DNA of 22,792 nucleotides from Gemmatimonadota bacterium (GTDB lineage Bacteria; Gemmatimonadota; Gemmatimonadetes; Palauibacterales; KS3-K002). Made by a program: the position numbers and the translations under genes. Below, in pieces: positions 15,778 through 22,792 of the stretch (position 1 is its first letter; every line of letters begins with the position of its first letter). Below the pieces are notes generated by a model. That model worked only from the letters and a program-made list of their open reading frames with translations, made no database searches and had not been told where the DNA came from. The stretch lies in the NCBI GenBank assembly GCA_039586795.1, contig JBDHJS010000052.1, forward strand, positions 1 to 22,792, given 5' to 3'.

Positions 15778-18234
15778 TTACTCGCTCCTGAGAGCGAGGA
15801 CCGGGTCGACTTTTGTGACTCGCCGCGCCGGTAGGTAGACGGCGATGAGGGTGGCGGCGGCCGTTACGAGTGCGGCCACCGCAATGGCAAGCGGATCGCT
15901 CGGGTCGACGCCGAACAAGCCGACGCCGAACAGGCGCGTCGCGACCAGCGCGGCTGCGGCACCGATGCCAATTCCCGCGGCGAGCAACGTCAGACCCTGG
16001 CCGAGCACATGGCGCATGACTGTCCGCGGTTCGGCGCCCAGAGCAAGCCGGATACCGATCTCGCGGGTGCGCTGCGCCACAGCGAACGAGACCACCGCGT
16101 AGATGCCAACGGCGGCGAGCAGCAGGCCTACGATACCCATGATCCCAACGCCAATGGCCGCAACGTAGGCCGGTGCCGTCACGGTGCGCACGTGCTGTTC
16201 GAGCGTTCGCGCGTCGTAGACCGGGAGGTCAGGGTCCAGTCCGGTCACGGCGGCGCGAATCTCTGAAACGAGCGCGGTCGGTTCGCTCTCTGTCTTCACG
16301 TGGAGCACGGCGCGTGACAGGTAATTCTGATAGAGCGGTAGGTAGAAGAAGGGCGCCGGGTCACTCAGCAGGTTGCGTCCATGCTGCGCGTTCTGAGCCA
16401 CGCCGACCACGTCGAAGCTCGTCTCGCCCTCACGTCCCCGGAAGACGATACGCTGTCCCAACGGATCCTGACCTGGCCAGAAGGTGCGGGCCAGTGCTTC
16501 GCTGACGATGATCGTCGACGGCGCACCTTCTGCATCACGACTGTCAAATTCTCGACCTCGCACGATGGGGATGCTCACGGTTTCGAAGAAGCCCGGCGTC
16601 ACGACGTTGCCGGTGATGCTTCGAGGGTCCAGCTCAGCGCTGCCCGATGCATAAGCCTGCCTCATGTACCGACGCTGTCCCAGCGGAACCATGCTGGCTA
16701 TGCCGACCGACGTTACGCCCGGCACCGCGTTTAGCCGTTCCTCGAGGTCAAGATAGAAAGCGCTTCCGTTCTGTGCCTCGTAGCCGCTCAAAGCGAGGTC
16801 GACCGAAAAGAGACCCACGTTGTGCGGGTCGAACCCCAGCTCGATGTCGAGCTGGCGCAGCGAACTCCGCACCAAGAGAACGGCGCAGGCGAGTACCACG
16901 AGGGAGCCGGCGATCTGGACGACGGAGAGCGAGCTACGAAAACGCGCCTTCCCCAGAGTCCCGGCGCGAGCGACTCCACCGGCCCTCAAAGCCTGGCTCA
17001 GGTCCTCTCGAGAGGCCTGAATGGCCGGTATGAGCCCGACTAGGAAACTGACAACAAGCGTCAGAGCGATGAGAAACGTGATCGTACGAAGATCGGCGCC
17101 CAGTTCGAGGTCCGCCGGCAGGTAACGTGACAAGCGATATCTTGCCAGCATCTGGCTCAGCCAAAGAGCGGCCAGCAGTCCGCCGGCACCGGCGGGCACG
17201 GCGATCACCAGGGTTTCTGCTAGCATCTGGCTCGCCAGGCGCAGCTTCCCCGCGCCTAACGCCAGTCGAACCGCCAGCTCCTCTTTGCGAGCGACGATCC
17301 GACCGAGAAACATGTTGGCCACATTCGCGCAGGCCAGGAACGTGGTCAGCCCGACCACGGCGGCGAGTAGCACCGCTAGGGCAGCCAGCTCGGATCGGTA
17401 GCCGGGCCACATGGTCGCCTCGTTGATCGGAAGCAGACGCGCGCTCCAGCCGGCCTGCGTGTCGGGGTATTCTTCGGCCAGTGTTGTGGCCAGCCCGCTC
17501 ACCTGTTGGGCTGCCTGCGCGAAGGTCGCCTCCCCCTTGAGGCGGCCGACCGCCGAAAGCCAATGGGTTCCCCGTCCGTAGAAGAGTATCTCGTTCCAAC
17601 TCGGCTTCGCCTCGACCTGCATCGAAAGCGGGATCCATATGTCCGTGCCGCTGCCCAGCTCCAAGCCGTGGAAACCTTCCGGGGCAATCCCGACTATCGT
17701 GAACTCGAGGCCGTTCAACCGGGTCGTTCTGCCGACGAGATCGGGATCGGAGCCAAACAGTCGCCGCCAGGCACCGTAACTGACGACCGCCACAGGATGA
17801 GCGCCGGGGTCCTGGTCCTCACCGGCGACAAACCCCCGCCCCTCGGTCGGGGTTACGCCAAGTACGGAGAAGTAATCCGCGGACACGAGCTCGCCCTGTA
17901 CCCGTCGGCTTTCGCCGGCTTCGCTGAGGTTAAGCGGAACGCCGCTGTGTACTGCGAAGCCTTGGAATGCTCCGATTGCCTCGGCGTAGTCGAGGTAGGC
18001 AGGGTAGGACAGCGAGCTGAAGTAGCCACCTTCATCATTGTACTGGAAGACGGCGAAGAGGCGGTCCGGATCGCTAACCGGCAGCCGGGGGTACAGGCTC
18101 GCCGAAACCAGGTTGAACACCGCCGTGCTTGCCCCGATGCCTAGCGCCAGAGTCAGAGTCGCCGCGATGGCGAAGCCCGGTCGCTTGGCCAAACCACGCA
18201 ACGCGTAACGAAAATCCTGGAAAGTCGCTGTCAT
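15778..18234 (-). CDS. ADOP-type duplicated MacB/FtsX-family ABC permease
   Basis: QDFRYALRGLAKRPGF...TLALGIGA N-terminus; two MacB periplasmic + FtsX repeats (LACANVAN...E.AVRLALGA; VAQRTREIGIRLALGA); C-terminus PARRVTKVDPVLALRSE. Confidence 0.93.
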   Translation of the reverse strand: MTATFQDFRYALRGLAKRPGFAIAATLTLALGIGASTAVFNLVSASLYPRLPVSDPDRLFAVFQYNDEGGYFSSLSYPAYLDYAEAIGAFQGFAVHSGVPLNLSEAGESRRVQGELVSADYFSVLGVTPTEGRGFVAGEDQDPGAHPVAVVSYGAWRRLFGSDPDLVGRTTRLNGLEFTIVGIAPEGFHGLELGSGTDIWIPLSMQVEAKPSWNEILFYGRGTHWLSAVGRLKGEATFAQAAQQVSGLATTLAEEYPDTQAGWSARLLPINEATMWPGYRSELAALAVLLAAVVGLTTFLACANVANMFLGRIVARKEELAVRLALGAGKLRLASQMLAETLVIAVPAGAGGLLAALWLSQMLARYRLSRYLPADLELGADLRTITFLIALTLVVSFLVGLIPAIQASREDLSQALRAGGVARAGTLGKARFRSSLSVVQIAGSLVVLACAVLLVRSSLRQLDIELGFDPHNVGLFSVDLALSGYEAQNGSAFYLDLEERLNAVPGVTSVGIASMVPLGQRRYMRQAYASGSAELDPRSITGNVVTPGFFETVSIPIVRGREFDSRDAEGAPSTIIVSEALARTFWPGQDPLGQRIVFRGREGETSFDVVGVAQNAQHGRNLLSDPAPFFYLPLYQNYLSRAVLHVKTESEPTALVSEIRAAVTGLDPDLPVYDARTLEQHVRTVTAPAYVAAIGVGIMGIVGLLLAAVGIYAVVSFAVAQRTREIGIRLALGAEPRTVMRHVLGQGLTLLAAGIGIGAAAALVATRLFGVGLFGVDPSDPLAIAVAALVTAAATLIAVYLPARRVTKVDPVLALRSE

Positions 18235-18319
18235 GGTCGTCACCGTGAACGAGTAGCGCACTGTTCTTGTCGGCTGCCAGGCCCGTGGAGTTGGCGAACC
18301 CGCGCCTGACCAGTTATGG

Positions 18320-18335
18320 GCAAGCCGGGTGCCAA
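18320..18335 (-). promoter_or_regulatory. sigma54 (-24/-12) promoter upstream of the permease
   Basis: Minus strand TTGGCAC-CCGGC-TTGC; AT-rich quasi-palindrome TAACTCTTTTTACGATAACGAGTT at 18350-18373 in the position expected for an IHF-type site. Confidence 0.8.
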
Positions 18336-18444
18336 GCGGCCTGACTCCGTAACTCTTTTTACGATAACGAGTTTGGGGATCTGGCCGCGGACTGCGGATG
18401 TCCGATTTTGGGAAAACTCGTGTCAGGGGCGGACAAGCTGCGGT

Positions 18445-19458
18445 CTATACCGACCAGGTCCGCCCTTTTCTAACCAGCTCGTTCAGGTCACCGCAGCATG
18501 CGGCGTCGAGACGTGACTGAACCTGGTCTTCGTAGGCGGCAGTCGGGTCGCAGTAGATGACGCCTAAGGCGACGGGGAAGTCGGGAGGTTCCAGACCCAC
18601 CAGCAGCTGAGCTAGGGCGCGGTCCTTTTCATCGTGTACAAGGAGGTCGTCCTCGTTGACACCATCTTTCAACTCTACGACTTCGACCTGAAGCGTGCCG
18701 GGCTTCAGGCGCAGGCCTTTGTCGTTGTTCTTCCCGAAAACCAGCGGCTTGCCGTGTTCGCAAAGGATCTGCTGATCCGAGGCCACCGCCTTGTCGGTGA
18801 AGTTAGAAAAGGCGCCGTCGTTGAAGACGATGCAGTTCTGAAAGATCTCTGTGAACGATGCGCCATGGTGTCCGTGTGCGCGTTTCAAAACTTCGATGAG
18901 ATGCTTTTGCTGCGTATCGATAGAACGCGCAACGAACCGGGCGCCGGCGCCAATCGCGAACCGACAGGCAGAGAGGGGCTGCTCCAACGATCCCTGCGGA
19001 CTTGACGGGCTGGTGGTACCCTGCCGGGAAGTCGGAGAGTACTGACCCTTGGTCAGTCCGTAGATCTCGTTGTTGAACAGGCAGATCTGAAGGTTCACGT
19101 TTCGACGCAGCGTGTGGAGCGTGTGGTTGCCGCCGATGCTCAGGCCATCGCCATCGCCGCTCACCACCCAGACATCAAGCTCGGGGTTGGACAATTTGAT
19201 GCCGGTCGCAAACGCAGGCGCGCGACCGTGTATGGTATGGAAACCGTAGCTCGACATGTAGTAGGGGAAGCGCGAGGCGCAACCGATGCCAGAGACGAAG
19301 ACCGTGTTCTCGCGCTTGACGCCAAGATCGGCGAGAGTCTTCTGAATCGCTTTCAGGATGGCGTAGTCGCCGCAGCCCGGGCACCAGCGGACTTCCTGGT
19401 CCGACGCGAAGTCGGACGCTTTGAGCTTCTGATCGTTCGTCGCGGTCGCCATCGTCAC
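18445..19458 (-). CDS. korB: 2-oxoacid:ferredoxin oxidoreductase subunit beta
   Basis: WCPGCGD, SGIGC, IHGRA, TPP motif GDGD...NNEIYGLTKGQYSPT; start overlaps the alpha-subunit stop. Substrate specificity is not established from sequence. Confidence 0.92.
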   Translation of the reverse strand: MTMATATNDQKLKASDFASDQEVRWCPGCGDYAILKAIQKTLADLGVKRENTVFVSGIGCASRFPYYMSSYGFHTIHGRAPAFATGIKLSNPELDVWVVSGDGDGLSIGGNHTLHTLRRNVNLQICLFNNEIYGLTKGQYSPTSRQGTTSPSSPQGSLEQPLSACRFAIGAGARFVARSIDTQQKHLIEVLKRAHGHHGASFTEIFQNCIVFNDGAFSNFTDKAVASDQQILCEHGKPLVFGKNNDKGLRLKPGTLQVEVVELKDGVNEDDLLVHDEKDRALAQLLVGLEPPDFPVALGVIYCDPTAAYEDQVQSRLDAACCGDLNELVRKGRTWSV

Positions 19459-21356
19459 TTACCCATCCTCTCGCGGATCGCGTCATAGACCTCGGCGATC
19501 TTGAACAGCTGCCCCTTCACCTTTGTCAGCGGTTCACCTGGGATCAGGTACTCGCTGCGCAGCAGCGTCACTAGCTGCCCCGTGTTCATTTCCGGCACCA
19601 GGATCTTCTCGTACCCTTTCAACAGCTCGCCCAGGTTGCGTGGGAAGGGCGACAGATAGCGGAGGTGCACGTGGGCGACGTCGTACCCTTCGTCCCGGGC
19701 TCTGTGAACGGCCTGGTAGATCGGTCCGTAAGTCGAACCCCAACCGACCACCACCATCGGACCCTTCTCCGGTCCCAGCTCCGGCTTCTGCAATGGGATG
19801 TCGTTCGCGATCCCGGCGATTTTCGCGGCGCGCGCCTCGGTCATGCGAGCGTGGTTCTCGGGGTCATACGATATGTCGCCGGTCTCGTGGTCGCGCTCCA
19901 GGCCGCCGACCCTATGCTCGAGGCCCGGCGTCCCCGGCCGCACCCAGGGACGCGCCAGCGTCTCCGGATCGCGGAGAAACGGGTGAAAGCCCTCGGGTTC
20001 GGTGCGGAATTTGACCGGGAACGGCTCGACCTTGTTCAGGTCCGGAATCGCCCACGGTTCTGCCGCGTTCATCAGGTAGGCGTCCGTCAAGAAGATGACC
20101 GGCGTCATGTACTTGGTCGCCAGGCGAACCGCTTCGACGCCTACCTCGAAACAGTCGGTCGGCGTAGCCGCGGCCACTACCGCGACCGGCGCATCGCCGT
20201 GCCGACCGTGCAGCGCCTGAAGCAGGTCGGCTTGCTCCGCCTTGGTCGGCATTCCGGTGGAGGGCCCGGCGCGCTGGGCGTTGACGATGATCAGCGGTAG
20301 CTCCGCACCCACGGCGAGACCGGCGGCTTCGGTCTTCAAGGCGACGCCGGCGCCGGAGCTAGCGGTGACGCCCAGCGCGCCGCCATACGAGGCGCCGATT
20401 GCGGAGCAGATAGCGGCGATCTCGTCCTCCGCCTGAAAGGTGACCACGCCGAACTCAGATAACCCGGCCATCACATGGAGCAGCGGCGAGGCCGGAGTTA
20501 TGGGGTACGAGCCGAACACCAGCCGACCCAGCCCGGCGGCACGGGTACCGGCGAGCAGGCCCCAGGCGGCGGCCTCGGTGCCGGTGACGGTTCGATACAG
20601 TCCGGGATCGACATCGGCGGCGGCGACGGTATACCCGACGATATCGCTGGGCATCTCCGCCGTCTCGCCGAAGACGTGGCCGGCGTTGAGCGCAGCAATG
20701 TTCGCCTCAGCGATCTCCGGCTTCTTCGCGAACTTGGCCTTCAGCCACTCAACGGTCGCCGACCGCGAGCGGCCGTACATCCAGAGCATGAGACCAAGCG
20801 CCCACAGGTTGCGGGAGCGTCGCGCTTCCTTGGAGGTGAGGCCGAATTCCTTCACCGCCCCTTCCGTGAGCCGTGTGATATCGAGCTTGAGCAGCTGGTA
20901 GGGCGACAAGGTGCCGTCGTCCAGCGGGTTCGATTCGTAGTCCGCTTTCTTGAGGTTGCGGTCCGTGAACGAGCTCTCGTCCACAACCACCATTCCGCCT
21001 ACCCGCAGGTCACCCAGGTTCACCTTCAGAGCCGCCGGATTGAATGCCACGAGAACGTCCAACTCGTCGCCGGATGTCCGGATATCTACGGAGCCGAAAT
21101 GGACCTGGAAGGCGGAGACGCCGTAGGTCGTACCGGCGGGCGCCCGGATCTCGGCCGGGTAATCTGGGAAGGTCGCGACATCGGCCCCGGCGATCGCGCT
21201 TTCCATTGCGAACTGGGTGCCGGTCAGCTGGATTCCGTCGCCGGAGTCGCCGGCGAAGCGGATTACGGTGGCGTCTCGGACCTCGCGGTTGCGTACGCCG
21301 CTTCGCGAGGCGATGGACGTGGCGCCCGAGCCGTCGCCCCCGTTGTCTGGGCTCAT
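19455..21356 (-). CDS. korA: 2-oxoacid:acceptor oxidoreductase subunit alpha (fused gamma-alpha)
   Basis: IRFAGDSGDGIQLTG, YPAEIRAP, YPITPAS, QAEDEIAA, QRAGPSTGMPTK, GWGSTYG, PEMNTGQL; likely start ATG 21356. Confidence 0.92.
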   Translation of the reverse strand: MSPDNGGDGSGATSIASRSGVRNREVRDATVIRFAGDSGDGIQLTGTQFAMESAIAGADVATFPDYPAEIRAPAGTTYGVSAFQVHFGSVDIRTSGDELDVLVAFNPAALKVNLGDLRVGGMVVVDESSFTDRNLKKADYESNPLDDGTLSPYQLLKLDITRLTEGAVKEFGLTSKEARRSRNLWALGLMLWMYGRSRSATVEWLKAKFAKKPEIAEANIAALNAGHVFGETAEMPSDIVGYTVAAADVDPGLYRTVTGTEAAAWGLLAGTRAAGLGRLVFGSYPITPASPLLHVMAGLSEFGVVTFQAEDEIAAICSAIGASYGGALGVTASSGAGVALKTEAAGLAVGAELPLIIVNAQRAGPSTGMPTKAEQADLLQALHGRHGDAPVAVVAAATPTDCFEVGVEAVRLATKYMTPVIFLTDAYLMNAAEPWAIPDLNKVEPFPVKFRTEPEGFHPFLRDPETLARPWVRPGTPGLEHRVGGLERDHETGDISYDPENHARMTEARAAKIAGIANDIPLQKPELGPEKGPMVVVGWGSTYGPIYQAVHRARDEGYDVAHVHLRYLSPFPRNLGELLKGYEKILVPEMNTGQLVTLLRSEYLIPGEPLTKVKGQLFKIAEVYDAIRERMGK

Positions 21357-21442
21357 CGCACTACTCGCTATCCTGCAGAGTGAAAGTGATTTCGTCGCCC
21401 CTATACTATAAGGTGTTCGCCGGTAGGGAAGTCCAGCGCGCC

Positions 21443-22711
21443 TCACATCGCGGCGGTCAACTCGAAGAAGCGGGCGACCTCGTCCTCGGTGTTGTACACG
21501 TTGGGCGAGATCCGCACCGTATTGAGCCCCTGAGTGCTAAACGGCCGGAACACCAATCCGTGTTCCCCGTGTAGAATATCGAACACGTCGGAGCTGCTGC
21601 GGCCGCGAATCTCCAGCGCGTAGAGGGACGCGCCTCTCTCCCAACGGTTTGGCGAGCGCCAGATCACGTGGTCAGAGCGCTCGGTCATGGTTCGGAAAAG
21701 CTCTCGGATCTCGCGATAACGTTCTTCCTTGGCAGCTCCTCCCAAAGCCTCCTGGAAGTCGAGAGCGTCGCCAAGGGTGATGACTTCCGGCAGGTTCCGG
21801 GTACCATAGTCCTCGTAGACTCGCGCCGTTCCTTTCCAGCGCGCTTGACCCCAGGTGACCCAAATCGGATTGAGGTCGTTCTGGAGATCCTTCCGCACAT
21901 ACATCAGGCCGAGGCCCTTCGGCGACTGCACCCACTTGTGCGGGCTGGTGCAATAGACATCGACGCCCAGCTCGTGAAGATCGATCTCCAGCATGCCGAC
22001 GGTTTGTGCGCCATCGATGGCCACAATCTCCACCCCACGCTCGTGGGCCAGAGCTGCCATCTCCTTCACGGGGTAACGTAACCCGACGATGTTGTCGACG
22101 TGGGGGAAGACCAGGACTCGTGTGCGTGGCGTGATGTGGCGGTCATAGGCGTCGAGCACGTCTTCCGCCGTCATGTCCGGGACCTCTGAGATCGGAAAGT
22201 CGAAACTCTGGACCTTGAAGCCTCTCAACCCGGCGTAATGACTCCAGCAGATCGCGGCGCCCGGGTGGTTCAGTGAGCTGAACAGAACCACATCGCCGGG
22301 ACCTAACGCCAGGCCACCGGCCAGCGTATTGAAACCCTCCGTCGTGTTGTGTGTGAAGGCGAGCTCGACGGTATCGCAACCGAGAAGCGCCGCCGCCTTC
22401 GCGCGGACCTCTTCCCGCGGCTCATCCCATGCACCGCCCCACATATAGAGCCACGGGTTCGTTTCGCAGAGATCGAGATAAGTGGTTCGCGCCTGCTGCA
22501 CGACCCGGGGAATGGTGCCGATCGACCCGTGGTTGAAGTACGTCACGCCGGGATCCAGCAGATAGCGGTCGCGCAGCGCCCACGCGGCGGCTGCAGTAGG
22601 AAGACGCGCCATCTCCCTAGCCAGCGCTCGATGCGCGGCCACGACGCTGGATATGCCAGTGGCACCGGCTATGGCTGTGAGTTGCTTCAAGAAGGTTCGG
22701 CGGTGAGTCAT
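21443..22711 (-). CDS. Tat-signal class V PLP-dependent enzyme (cysteine desulfurase / isopenicillin N epimerase-like fold)
   Basis: HRRTFLK twin-arginine signal; YFNHGSIG, NTTEG, DGAQ, SPHKW (PLP lysine), VRISPNVYNTEDEV. Confidence 0.9.
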   Translation of the reverse strand: MTHRRTFLKQLTAIAGATGISSVVAAHRALAREMARLPTAAAAWALRDRYLLDPGVTYFNHGSIGTIPRVVQQARTTYLDLCETNPWLYMWGGAWDEPREEVRAKAAALLGCDTVELAFTHNTTEGFNTLAGGLALGPGDVVLFSSLNHPGAAICWSHYAGLRGFKVQSFDFPISEVPDMTAEDVLDAYDRHITPRTRVLVFPHVDNIVGLRYPVKEMAALAHERGVEIVAIDGAQTVGMLEIDLHELGVDVYCTSPHKWVQSPKGLGLMYVRKDLQNDLNPIWVTWGQARWKGTARVYEDYGTRNLPEVITLGDALDFQEALGGAAKEERYREIRELFRTMTERSDHVIWRSPNRWERGASLYALEIRGRSSSDVFDILHGEHGLVFRPFSTQGLNTVRISPNVYNTEDEVARFFELTAAM

Positions 22712-22792
22712 GTCAGGGCTCGCTCGCAGTGGGTTTGACAGTGGTTGGAGCGCCGGTGCAACGTACGGCGGGAACGCGGCAGCATCAAACCC

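Noticed and set aside
20340..20370. SSGAG in place of the usual SGPG in the oxidoreductase alpha subunit
   Set aside because: Single substitution with all other motifs intact; no basis for a functional claim without an alignment.
22712..22792. Possible 3' end of an upstream minus-strand gene
   Set aside because: Too short to assign a frame or product.

Overview
High-GC bacterial chromosomal window. The gene content (ADOP-type permease, many Sec/Tat/lipoprotein signals, DUF4153) suggests a Gemmatimonadota/Acidobacteriota-like organism; this is inference. In order: a four-repeat DUF4397-type lipoprotein running off the left edge (missed by the ORF track), a probably degraded secreted-protein gene, a secreted M20D amidohydrolase, two tandem Tat-signal atypical SDRs followed by an NTT/TLC-like nucleotide-translocase MFS gene, DUF4153 and a small membrane protein, a 5'-truncated MBL-fold remnant, a secreted hypothetical coupled to a VOC gene, a sigma54-preceded Cache-HAMP-GGDEF cyclase convergent with an SH3b lipoprotein, three tRNAs (Arg-ACG, Leu-GAG, Leu-CAG) around a small lipoprotein, a sigma54-preceded orphan ADOP permease, 2-oxoacid:ferredoxin oxidoreductase beta/alpha, and a Tat-signal class V PLP enzyme. 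The best candidate for an undescribed system is the Tat-SDR pair plus nucleotide translocase, a possible route for supplying NAD(P)(H) to periplasmic enzymes. Also notable are an 11-bp-phased CarH-like operator, two sigma54 promoters, and two structured non-coding leaders. No CRISPR, integrase or transposase was seen. All family calls come from motif recognition by eye, not database searches.
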